Source: Podarcis muralis (taxonomy: Eukaryota). From it: a DNA stretch of 64,000 nt. Made by a program: the position numbers and the translations under genes. How positions within the stretch are numbered: position 1 is the stretch's first letter; every line of letters starts with the position of its first letter. The stretch is from positions 90,210,001-90,274,000 of the forward strand of contig NC_135657.1 in the NCBI RefSeq assembly GCF_964188315.1, in the 5' to 3' direction. Shown here one piece after another: positions 56,601 to 62,557 of this stretch. The notes under the pieces are model-generated. The model was given only the letters and a program-made list of their open reading frames with translations, did no database searches and was not told the origin of the DNA.

Positions 56601-58379
56601 AATAATGATAACAATGATGATAATAATAACAATAACAACAACAGTTTACAGCAGGGGTCAGCAAACTTTTTCAGCAGGGGGCTGGTTCACTGTCCCTCAG
56701 ACCTTGTGGGGGGCCGGACTATATATAATTTTTTTTTGGGGGGGGGGGGATGAACGAATTCCTATGCCCCACAAATAACCCAGAGATGCATTTTAAATAA
56801 AAGGACACAGTTAGTGGATATATTAATATAGCATAAAGTGCTGTTTCTGCCTTTCACAGTATTTATTCCTCGCCCCAATTCCTGTTACTGTGCATTTAAT
56901 TAGTAGACTGGTTTTCAACACACCATTGATATTTTTGTTTTGTTTTCTAACAGCCGCAGAGACGGAGCACTGAAAATTCTTCCCTGGAATGAACAGAAGC
57001 ACAGGGAGGAAGACTGGTGCGAGAGGGCACCGTGCAAGTAGGTGTATGAAATTGGTTTCTGTGTGTGCAATATATCAATCCATTTTTACATTTGCACCAG
57101 TCAGTTGCAATTAAGCAACTATCCCATCAGGCCTTACTATCTTTGAAGACTCAAGTGTAGGAGCTACCCTGTTTCCTTATTGGAGAGGAAAACGCATGTG
57201 GATTACTTCCTCCCTTTTTTTCTGGAGGAAACAGGAAGTCCCAAAATGCGCAGGGCTCTGGGCTGTGGTCCCATGATACAATCCCAAGCTTTGATCATGC
57301 TGTATGAGGTGAAGCCTGTATAAGTACAGAGAAGAATTGCTATGTGCATGGCGCCGTGGAGTGATGCACACTTCCCTTTATGGCCTTCGCAGTGATTTGA
57401 ATGATTCTTTACTTAGCAAGCCTCCTCACTTGAGCCACAGGATTTTAATCATAGTGAGATCAGAATTGGGCCCCAAGCACACAGGATCTTTCTCCTGCTC
57501 CCATCACCGTGAGTAGAAAGAAGTGAACAGCTGAACCGTGTGGCTCCTGTTCTTGCTTGGGTAAAATCCTGACAGCCAATAATAACTTACAGGCTCAGCG
57601 TGTTAACAGTGCCCTTTCTGTATGTGGCAACAGGTTTTCATGCCTGCAACGGCTTTTGCACATTAAAGTATTGCTTCTGCTTAAATAGGCAAGCTTGTCA
57701 ACTCATTTGGAGCACTGTAGTAAATTGCCTCTATTATGTAAACACCTGTTGATGTAGTGATAAGGTTAATTACCAGGAATAGCTGGAAATTCAGTAGGGG
57801 TAAATAAGTTTTCTCTGCGTAGGCTTTTGCATAAAGGTCAAATGCCCATTATGTAAATAACAGTGGTGACCTCCAAAATTAGATTTATTTTTTTTAAAAA
57901 ATATTTATTTATAGGCGCTAGTTTTTCAGAACAGAACTAGTTACCATTTAACATGATTTTTCAAAAGATAATTAATCCTAATGAGTCTGCCTAAGACATA
58001 GGTTAACATCCATGCCATACATTGAAATAATTCTTATACCGCTTCAACAGCCATGGCTTCCCACAAAGAATTCTGGGACCTGTAGTTTAAGAATCCTAGG
58101 AATTGTAGCTCTGTGAGGGGTCTCCTCCAGTTCTCAGAACATTTAACAAACTACAGTTCCCAGGTTAGCATCATTTTAAAGTCCTGGGTTTCTACATTTA
58201 ATGGCCATTTATCTGTGATGCTCAGGCTGATGGTTGAACCAGCTCTTCAAGATGAAGGCGAATTTTTATATGAGTCTCAACCTGAGTTGCTGAAGTACAG
58301 AACCACTGAGCTTTCCATAAAACTGGTCACGGACTGGTATTGGAAACGAGCAGAAGAGATAGAAAACTACTCTATGCAG
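1168..58379 (+). CDS. NBAS: NBAS, spliced partial CDS (19 internal exons, about human aa 96-859)
   Basis: All 19 exons have AG/GT boundaries and join in one stop-free frame (2290 nt). The translation matches human NBAS as I recall it (NGKLLAAVQDQC, PQWRRVAWS, FAPPRKRPRT, LERVPENVDAAKELLQYGLKGTDLEAL, HRLAILSNFPETTSPHEYS). Confidence 0.98.
1639..1847 (+). mobile_element. CR1 LINE 3' end (5'-truncated)
   Basis: aacattaggaagaacttcctgacagt...ggttggactcgatggcc...ccaactctatgattctatgattcta; typical CR1 3' region with (ATTCTATG)n tail. Confidence 0.9.
2537..2580 (+). CDS. NBAS: NBAS exon 6 (44 nt)
   Basis: ctacag|G TCT GCG AAG...CAA G|gtatgt; SAKDEFGSVIGKCQ. Confidence 0.95.
3141..3274 (+). CDS. NBAS: NBAS exon 7 (134 nt)
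   Basis: ccatag|...CCG|gtattt; PKDPNPQWRRVAWSHDCTLLAYGESTGTVRVFDLVGSELLVISP. Confidence 0.97.
3851..4092 (+). mobile_element. Squam3-like tRNA-derived SINE
   Basis: gagccagtgtggtgtagtggttaagagc head, central core, and ...gatatcaaatccaaactcttc tail; near-identical copies at 30436 and 53232. Confidence 0.85.
4228..4695 (-). mobile_element. L1/Tx1-like LINE 3' fragment
   Basis: The minus strand encodes a degenerate AARILYAQKWKEEQVPMKEEW (ORF2 C-terminus), followed by an A-rich 3' UTR. Boundaries approximate. Confidence 0.7.
4979..5112 (+). CDS. NBAS: NBAS exon 8 (134 nt)
   Basis: gtacag|GGC...GTC AG|gtaagc; GTSFPGDMTYAIAGLIFLEYKASAQWSAELLVINYRGELKSYLV. Confidence 0.97.
5335..5709 (-). mobile_element. 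Sauria SINE (Squam1)
   Basis: Reverse complement of a gggacacgggtggcgctgtgg head through a BovB-like tail; aligns with the copies at 9767, 10608 and 60806. Confidence 0.92.
6383..6481 (+). CDS. NBAS: NBAS exon 9 (99 nt)
   Basis: gtccag|T GTT GGA...CAC CG|gtaagt; VGTNQSFQESHSFSFSSHYVHGITAVIYHPAH. Confidence 0.96.
7516..7633. mobile_element. Palindromic hAT-type MITE
   Basis: cagctgttcttggactacaactcc...gggatgatgggaagtgtagtccaaaaacagctg; same family as 30200 and 31917. Confidence 0.75.
7639..8169 (+). mobile_element. Solo LTR-like element with a 130-codon ORF (7640-8032)
   Basis: Starts TGTGA and probably ends ...CTCCACA. It is a GC-rich island in an AT-rich intron with an ORF open from nt 2. 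TSD not resolved, so the 3' end is uncertain. Confidence 0.55.
9767..10092 (-). mobile_element. Sauria SINE, 5'-truncated
   Basis: (GGTAAA)2 = reverse complement of the (TTTACC)n tail; body matches the 10608 copy. Confidence 0.92.
10199..10449. mobile_element. Tc1/mariner (Tigger/pogo-like) MITE
   Basis: TIRs CAGTTGTACCTTGG / CCAAGGTACAACTG flanked by TA on both sides. Confidence 0.85.
10608..10974 (+). mobile_element. Sauria SINE, full length, young
   Basis: tRNA-like head with B box GGTTCGAATCC, many CpGs retained, (ACCTTT)n tail. Confidence 0.95.
11221..11267. repeat. (CTTT)n microsatellite
   Basis: About 11-12 units, read directly. Confidence 0.95.
12006..12444. mobile_element. Tc1/mariner MITE (10199 family) with a second MITE nested at 12244-12436
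   Basis: The left TIR is CAGTTGTACCTTGG. The right TIR is split by an element with (C/T)AGTGGTACCTTGG...AAGGTACCACTG ends, leaving the remnant TA-TGACTG-TA at 12437-12446. Confidence 0.75.
12550..12774 (+). mobile_element. Tc1/mariner MITE (CAGTGGTACCTC TIR family)
   Basis: TA-CAGTGGTACCTC...GAGGTACCACTG-TA. Confidence 0.92.
15852..15998 (+). mobile_element. tRNA-Ile-headed SINE with CR1-type tail
   Basis: The head ggctagatagctcagtggattagagcgtggtgctGATaactccaaggttgcaggttcggtccc resembles tRNA-Ile. The tail is attcctgtattgcagggg...cccaactctgattctgtga. Confidence 0.85.
16549..16693 (+). CDS. NBAS: NBAS exon 10 (145 nt)
   Basis: cgatag|G CTT TTG...GGG ACC|gtgagt; LLIVGGCEMDGEGSGVSKASSCGLSAWRVLSGSPYYKPVTSYEDDIGT. 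Confidence 0.96.
17730..17795 (+). CDS. NBAS: NBAS exon 11 (66 nt)
   Basis: ttttaacag|GCC...GAA CAG|gtaaca; AKRRSLFKIRSLNFYSRQGREQ. Confidence 0.93.
20268..20396 (+). CDS. NBAS: NBAS exon 12 (129 nt)
   Basis: gcgcag|GAT GGT...GAC CAG|gtatgt; DGVFKMSLSPDGTRLAAIHFSGKLTIWGIPSLRQQGEWEQSDQ. Confidence 0.97.
21346..21598 (-). mobile_element. hAT-type MITE (caggggtcagcaaact family)
   Basis: Reverse complement of the 41984-42240 copy. Confidence 0.85.
21675..21900 (+). mobile_element. Tc1/mariner MITE (CAGTGGTACCTC family)
   Basis: TA-flanked TIRs; body matches 12550. Confidence 0.92.
22182..22640 (+). mobile_element. L1/Tx1-like LINE 3' fragment
   Basis: ORF2 tail (ATTAVRMLLAKKWNEEVP...KEWKWF), A-rich end, and imperfect 22-bp direct repeats at 22160-22181 and 22641-22662 (19/22 identical). 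Confidence 0.85.
23059..23122 (+). CDS. NBAS: NBAS exon 13 (64 nt)
   Basis: ttttag|CCG GGC...AAA G|gttgga; PGYDEIKPEWRLSLEKRKKIK. Confidence 0.95.
23145..23202. repeat. Compound (GT)n/(GA)n microsatellite
   Basis: Read directly; starts 22 nt into intron 13. Confidence 0.95.
23473..23662 (+). mobile_element. Tc1/mariner MITE (CAGTGGTACCTC family), internally deleted
   Basis: TA-flanked TIRs; lacks the central caggttaagaac block. Confidence 0.9.
24476..24760 (-). mobile_element. L2 LINE 3' fragment
   Basis: Minus-strand GAFSVVVPTLWNVLPS...FRRHLKAAL (L2 ORF2 C-terminus) with an (AAT)-rich tail. Confidence 0.85.
25514..25707 (+). CDS. NBAS: NBAS exon 14 (194 nt)
   Basis: ctccaag|AC AAG...TTG GAG|gtaggg; KESFYPMIDINWWSENAVILARCSGALTVSSVKTLKNLLGKSCEWFESSPQVTSAHDGGFLSLE. 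Confidence 0.97.
25782..25819. repeat. (GT)19 microsatellite
   Basis: Read directly. Confidence 0.95.
26152..26790 (-). mobile_element. L1/Tx1-like LINE 3' fragment
   Basis: Minus ORF 26243-26536 (TAAQVMIARKWK...EELWKVF), with an upstream zinc-knuckle remnant (GHYVHMWW). Boundaries approximate. Confidence 0.75.
28310..28546 (+). mobile_element. Tc1/mariner MITE (CAGTGGTACCTC family)
   Basis: TA-flanked TIRs. Confidence 0.92.
29830..30087 (+). CDS. NBAS: NBAS exon 15 (258 nt)
   Basis: tcgtag|TGC GAG...AGA AAG|gtgaga; CEVKLAPKRSRLDSRPGDEDEGEDDSDSDDETSAKARYFGY...STTPEELYQRK. Confidence 0.98.
30200..30329. mobile_element. Palindromic hAT-type MITE
   Basis: Exact 8-bp TSD GTTTAAAC at 30192-30199 and 30330-30337. 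Confidence 0.9.
30436..30680 (+). mobile_element. Squam3-like SINE
   Basis: Matches the 3851 copy; (CTT)n tail. Confidence 0.88.
30685..30850 (-). mobile_element. Older MIR/Squam3-like SINE fragment
   Basis: ccccacaacatccatgtgaggcgggttaggctgagag...ggatttgaacc core in reverse orientation. Confidence 0.65.
31363..31488 (+). CDS. NBAS: NBAS exon 16 (126 nt)
   Basis: ttgtag|ATT GAT...TAT CTG|gtatgt; IDNEEYGEALSLAQTYDLDSDLVYQRQWRKSAVSIASIQDYL. Confidence 0.97.
31656..31707 (+). mobile_element. Right end of a CAGTGGTACCTC-family MITE
   Basis: gttaagaacagacctccggaatgaattaagtacttaacctgaggtaccactg-TA. Confidence 0.85.
31769..31804. repeat. (AAT)n microsatellite (L2/SINE tail)
   Basis: Read directly. 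Confidence 0.9.
31917..32052. mobile_element. Palindromic hAT-type MITE
   Basis: 8-bp TSD GTGTAACA / GTGTGACA (7/8 identical). Confidence 0.85.
32362..32513 (+). CDS. NBAS: NBAS exon 17 (152 nt)
   Basis: catcag|AGC AAA...GGC AG|gtttgt; SKINKRSWVLHECLERVPENVDAAKELLQYGLKGTDLEALIAIGKGEDGG. Confidence 0.97.
33363..33500 (+). CDS. NBAS: NBAS exon 18 (138 nt)
   Basis: tcctag|G TTT ATC...TCC AA|gtaaat; FILPGDVDIDELLFEEFLTPEEEAESRKEREAMKRQELLQSVNFS. Confidence 0.95.
34321..34399 (+). CDS. NBAS: NBAS exon 19 (79 nt)
   Basis: aaacag|G TTA ACA...TAC GAG|gtttgg; LTLEQKELCRSRLKLLTYLDRLATYE. Confidence 0.97.
35052..35156 (+). CDS. NBAS: NBAS exon 20 (105 nt)
   Basis: cttcag|GAA ATT...GCT CGG|gtataa; EILGGPHVAEQRYDAEFFKKFRNQNIVLSARTYAR. 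Confidence 0.97.
35731..36000 (-). mobile_element. L2 LINE 3' fragment
   Basis: Minus ORF RAFSVVTPALWNALPPDVKEKNNCQTFRRHLKAALFREAF. Confidence 0.88.
36623..36656. repeat. (GT)17 microsatellite
   Basis: Read directly; ends 65 nt upstream of exon 21. Confidence 0.95.
36722..36858 (+). CDS. NBAS: NBAS exon 21 (137 nt)
   Basis: gtgcag|GAA AGC...GCT TG|gtaagt; ESNVRALEILFTYHGSDLLPHRLAILSNFPETTSPHEYSFLLPEA. Confidence 0.97.
37108..37344 (+). mobile_element. Tc1/mariner MITE (CAGTGGTACCTC family)
   Basis: TA-flanked TIRs. Confidence 0.92.
37925..38200 (-). mobile_element. RTE-BovB LINE 3' end
   Basis: ORF RREDSLEKTLMLGKMEGTRRRGRQRTRWLDSV...VHGVTKSRTRLND, (CAA)n tail, exact 13-bp TSD GCATTTGAATGGT at 37912-37924 and 38201-38213. 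Confidence 0.96.
40110..40330 (-). mobile_element. Old CR1-like 3' UTR fragment
   Basis: agagcctttctggatc...catctatgccagcatcc...gactagtagccat resembles decayed amniote CR1 3' ends. Boundaries approximate. Confidence 0.5.
40597..40823. mobile_element. Tc1/mariner MITE
   Basis: TA-CAGTGGTACCTTGG...CCAAGGTACCACTG-TA. Confidence 0.88.
41703..41796. repeat. (ATCT)n microsatellite, interrupted
   Basis: Read directly. Confidence 0.95.
41984..42240 (+). mobile_element. hAT-type MITE
   Basis: caggggtcagcaaact...gtttgcctacccatg; 8-bp TSD CCTTAGTC / CCTTAGTA; inserted in an older SINE tail. Confidence 0.9.
44305..44546 (+). mobile_element. Tc1/mariner MITE (CAGTGGTACCTC family)
   Basis: TA-flanked TIRs. 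Confidence 0.92.
45196..45400. mobile_element. Penelope-like element pseudo-LTR with an inverted truncated copy
   Basis: Exact 14-bp TSD CATATTTTGTTGCA at 45182-45195 and 45401-45414, perfect 73-bp inverted arms, and a hammerhead core. Confidence 0.8.
45303..45344 (+). ncRNA. Minimal type I hammerhead ribozyme motif (Penelope-type), G12A variant
   Basis: Stem I TGGTAT/ATACCA; CTGAAGA at 45309-45315; extra A; stem II GTGTG-CATG-CACAC; AAAA at 45331-45334 where GAAA is required; palindromic stem III AGCT; CUC cleavage triplet. Confidence 0.75.
46320..46711 (-). mobile_element. Possible decayed solo LTR
   Basis: (g)GTTG...CAACA ends and LTR-like composition; no TSD found. Confidence 0.3.
47622..47668. 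repeat. (TCTG)n/(TCTA)n microsatellite
   Basis: Read directly. Confidence 0.9.
51830..52308 (+). mobile_element. L1/Tx1-like LINE 3' fragment
   Basis: Degenerate EEWRMKLMDRAELDKLTGRI, similar to the 22182 element, then an A-rich tail. Confidence 0.7.
52740..53100 (-). mobile_element. RTE-like 5' UTR-derived non-autonomous element
   Basis: ttctcccgaagatgtcccgcaaggcagtggaggtttagga...ctcctagatgggctaccttcc resembles RTE-clade 5' regions from memory; GC-rich island. Confidence 0.4.
53232..53484 (-). mobile_element. Squam3-like SINE
   Basis: Reverse complement of the 3851/30436 family; (GAA)n on the plus strand. Confidence 0.9.
56652..56809 (+). mobile_element. hAT-type MITE, 3'-truncated
   Basis: Matches the first about 150 bp of the 41984 copy. 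Confidence 0.8.
56954..57037 (+). CDS. NBAS: NBAS exon 22 (84 nt)
   Basis: ctaacag|C CGC AGA...TGC AA|gtaggt; RRDGALKILPWNEQKHREEDWCERAPC. Confidence 0.94.
58226..58379 (+). CDS. NBAS: NBAS exon 23 (154 nt)
   Basis: gctcag|G CTG ATG...ATG CAG|gtaaat; LMVEPALQDEGEFLYESQPELLKYRTTELSIKLVTDWYWKRAEEIENYSMQ. Confidence 0.97.
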
Positions 58380-58518
58380 GTAAATGCAATATTCTACCAT
58401 ATGTGTATTGACATGACTTCAAATATATGTCCTATAAAGTGAATCGGTTATGCAGACCTATTTGAGTGTGTGTATGCCCAGCCTTCCACAACCTGGTATC
58501 CTCTAGATTTTGTTGGAT

Positions 58519-58656
58519 GATGATATAGCTCAGTCGGTAGAGCACGAGATTCTTAATCTTAGGGTCGTGGGTTCAAGTCTCGTGTTGGGTGAAAGATTCC
58601 TGCATTGCAGGGATTGGATTAGACGACCTTCACAGTCCCAACTCTGCAATTCTATG
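58519..58656 (+). mobile_element. tRNA-Lys(CTT)-headed SINE with CR1-type tail
   Basis: The head tagctcagtcggtagagcacgagattCTTaatcttagggtcgtgggttcaagtc resembles tRNA-Lys but has a broken acceptor stem. The tail is gattcctgcattgcaggg...ccaactctgcaattctatg. Confidence 0.88.
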
Positions 58657-58689
58657 GGTTCCATAATCATTGATCATTGGCTGTGCTGC

Positions 58690-59203
58690 TGTCAGGAACT
58701 GGCTAGATGACAAGGAGTGGTGGGAGGCACCAGCTAAGGAAGCCTCAGAGAATGAAGGTTCAGAGCACGGGGAATGGTGGTGGGACACTGAGGACAGCTC
58801 AGAAGATGAAGGTGGTGGGGAGGCAACGGGTGTGAGTGAGAGAGAAGAGCCAAGGGCAGAAAGCAGTTCAGACTCAGCCCATGCAGCTTCCAAGGAGCTT
58901 GCCTGTCCTACTGTGTTAAGTTCCGCTCCCCCTTGTCTCCAAGGACACAAAGAGCTATGCATATATGGCTGAACAGCAAGCAAGAGATCCCTCCCACTGT
59001 AGTTTATGTCTTTGTGGACAGCCTCTAGAAGAAGGAGATGTCTTAGGGGGAAGCAGGAACTGTCAGTCCTGGCAACTGTGCTATGGAAGCTGGTCCTGCC
59101 TTGAGGCTTCTCTGCATTGTTTGCTGCTTTCTTGAATCAAGACCTAAGCTTCTCGCTTGTCTCTGGGTTTGAATGCTGACCTGCATCTGAGCCAGCCCTG
59201 ACA
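58690..59203 (+). mobile_element. Solo LTR (514 bp)
   Basis: TGTCAGG...CCTGACA terminal inverted repeat; exact 5-bp TSD GCTGC at 58685-58689 and 59204-59208. Confidence 0.88.
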
Positions 59204-60805
59204 GCTGCCTGGGGCTGTTGGGAGTTGTAGTCCAAAACACATTCAAAGGGCACCAGGTTGGAGAAGACAGGTGTATGCATACCATTATATATTCTGCACT
59301 GGGTTTTATTTGCATGCAATATGTAGAAGAATACATTTCTGTGTAAAGTTATGTCTGAGTTAATGTTCTTTTGTCAGTTGATGTTCTCTTGCTGCTAGAT
59401 GGCTCCAGTTTTGGGATGGTGCCTGCTTGCCAGGCTACTGTTGAAGTGTACAAAATAAACCACGTGATGATAGGCATGTATTCAGATACAACCATAACAA
59501 GGAGAAGATGGAGTGCCAACAGCTTTGAAAAAAGCGGTTATGATTCAAAAGAGAGACAGAGAGAAAACAAGAGCGAATGGTGATGGTTTTTCATTATAGG
59601 ATGTGAAATGGGAGGAGTAAATGTGTTGGTTTTGATTGGAGGAACAAGGCCGTCCATCGTGGGATGGGTATGGTAAGAGGAAGCGGAAGCTATTGTCACG
59701 AGTCTTCCACCTCCATCAATCTAGTCAGCAGCCTTTTCATTTTCAGTGCTGCCAACTCTTGGGACCACCAGTGACTTAGCTTTGCTCCGCATGAGGGCAG
59801 CTGGCGTTCAAGAGCCATTGCATCAACTGCCTAGTCATTTCCCAATTCCAGAGGTTAACCAGAGATTCAGCAGGATTGCCACTTTGAGTGACAGAAACAA
59901 TTACGTTCACTAATGCTTAGGCTTATCTGAGCCTGGTAAAAATTAGGAGCCAACTGGGAATGTGTACTTCTGGTTTTTGTGTAGTACTTTTCCCAGTGGC
60001 ATGTTGTCATAACTTCTGCTGCCATTAATAGACTTGCCATTAAATGTTTCTAATATAATTGGATTTTTTTTCTCCAGATGACCTTTCAGCTAATGTAACA
60101 GAATTATTAAAAGATTTTCTGAAATATTTGTTGACTAGTATTTGGCCAGGTGTGTTAATTACTTATTTCCAACATTCTTATGTTTAACAATCGGGCAAAT
60201 CAATCTTATATGAAAATAACTCTCCAGCTTACTGAAGCTTTTTCATCATTGTAAACTTAATTTACAGGCTGTTTTTAATTCCTTAGGTAATTATTAGGGG
60301 TACATTTAACTTGGAAGTAAGTGTCATGTCAGAATATGATTGGATTCAATTTTTGTTGCTTTGTAATCATGTAAATTCAGGCAGGCAAAATTGGCACCAT
60401 AAATGATATCCAAATTCAGAAATAATTAGGGGTCTTTGTGTGTGTGTAAAGTTCTAGTCCTGAGTTTTGCAGAGAAGTACACAGAGAGAGAAAAAATAAG
60501 GGACTAGAAATAAAGAGTCAATGGATGGTTGAAATCAAACTCCATTAATTTTTAAGACCTAATAACAGAGTTTCTTTAGAGCTGAATTGGCCATTCTGAA
60601 GCTCTCAGACTTGAATATAAAAATAATTAATGGAGGGACAGGACTCAGTTGTTCTTTACTTTGGCTATTTCAAGCTACTCTGTGCATAATATCGCTGAAA
60701 ATTGCCAGTGGTTAAATGATATCATAGTTGTCCTATGAAAGAACAAACACAAATTTTGATTGGTTTTGGACAGTCAGTTTCTCCACCATTAATTATCCTA
60801 TATTG

Positions 60806-61147
60806 AGGTACGCGGGTGGCGCTGTGGGTTAAACCACAGAGCCTAGGGCTTGCCGACCAGAACGTCAGCGGTTCGAATCCCCACGACAGGATGAGCTCCC
60901 ATTGCTCAGTCCCTGCTCCTGCCAACCTAGCAGTTCAAAAGCATGCTGGTGCAAGTAGATAAATAGGTACCGCTCCGGCGGGAAGGTAAATGGCGTTTCC
61001 GTTCGCTGCTCTGGTTTCGCCAGAAATGGCTTCATCATGCTGGCCACATGACCTGGAAGCTGTACACCAGCTCCCTTGGCCAATAAAGCGAGATGAGCGC
61101 CGCAACCCCAGAGTCGTCCGTCAGGGGTCCCTTTACCTTTACCTTTA
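60806..61147 (+). mobile_element. Sauria SINE, full length
   Basis: Head cgcgggtggcgctgtggg, B box GGTTCGAATCC, (ACCTTT)n tail. Confidence 0.93.
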
Positions 61148-62557
61148 TTGTACTGTGATAAGTTGTTCTTATGGAATAGGAATAGAATATGCTGCTGAGG
61201 TTTTGTGACATTACTTTATTGATATTCTCTGAGATAATTGAACTGTTCTGTGTTGGTAGCTCTGTGATAAAGGTATTGCATATTTGTCATGTGACCTGTC
61301 TTTCATTTTAAGCATACATACTCTTTTTTAATCTATGTGAATTACTTCCTAATATCATTAGGGTTGGAAATCCAAGCCTATAATGAGGCATCTCTTGAGC
61401 TGGCTTTTCATTATCCACGCTTGAAGTTACCTTTCAGCTACTCTATTCTGGCTGTCTCCAGCTGTTTCTGTTACCATGGTATTTCTATTTCTGTTGGCAA
61501 TGGATCAAGTTCAGTTATTCGAACAGCCCTGCTGAAATAATCGTAGAATCATAGAGTTGGAAGGGACCCTGAGGGGCATCTAGTCCAACTTTTTGCAATG
61601 CAGGAATCTCAGCTAGATCAACCATGACAGGCCGCCACCCAAACTCTGCTTAAAAATCTCCAATGAAGGAGAGTCCACAACCTCCCGAGGGGGACTGTTC
61701 TACTGCCATACAGCTCTTACTGTTAGAAGGTTCTTCCTGATGTTTAGTTAGAACCTCCTTTCTTGTCACTTGAAGCCATTGTTGTGGGTCCTAGCCTCTA
61801 GAGCAGGAGAAAACAGAAGATGGCTATCATATCTCCTCCCTGTCTCCTCTTTACCAGGCTAAACGTACCCAGTTCCCTCAACTGTTCCTTATAAGACTTG
61901 GTTTCCAGACCCTTGATCATCATGGTCACCCTCCTCTGTACACATCCCAGCTTGTCAATATCCTTTTTAAATTATGGTGCCCAGAACTGGACACTGTACT
62001 CCAGATGTGATCTGACTAAAGCAAACTACAGTGGAAATATTACTTCCCTTGATCGGGACACCATACTTCTGTTAATGCAGCCTAGAATAGCATTAGCTTT
62101 TTTTTGCTGCTGCTGCATCACACTGTTGACTCATGTTCAACTTGTGGTCTACAAAGACTCCTAGATCCTTTTCACGTGTACTACTGGCAAGCTAGGTGTT
62201 CCCCATCTAATGTTTGTGAAGCTGATTCTTTCCGCTTAGGCACAGAACCTTACATTTGTCCCAACTGAAATTCATTTCATTAATATTGACAGTTCTCCAA
62301 CCTGTTATGGTCATCTTGAATCCCGATTCTGTCTTCAGCAGCACTGGCTCCCAGTTTGGTGTCATCTGCAAATTTGGCGACCATCACATCAATTCCTTTG
62401 TCCAAGTCGTTTATAAAAATGTTGAACAATAGTGGGCCCAGGACAGAAACCTGTGGCACCCCACTTGTCACTTTTTCCCCAGGATAATGAAGAATCGTTA
62501 GTGAGCACTCTTTGGGTTTGGTCTGTCAACCAGCCATTAACAACCACCTAACAGTTA

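Larger units (their letters stand above)
58478..59270. mobile_element. hAT-type MITE carrying two nested insertions
   Basis: Exact 8-bp TSD GTGTATGC at 58470-58477 and 59271-59278. Confidence 0.85.

Noticed and set aside
58519-58591. Functional tRNA-Lys(CTT) gene
   Set aside because: The acceptor stem does not pair and the sequence runs directly into a CR1-type tail, so it is a SINE head.
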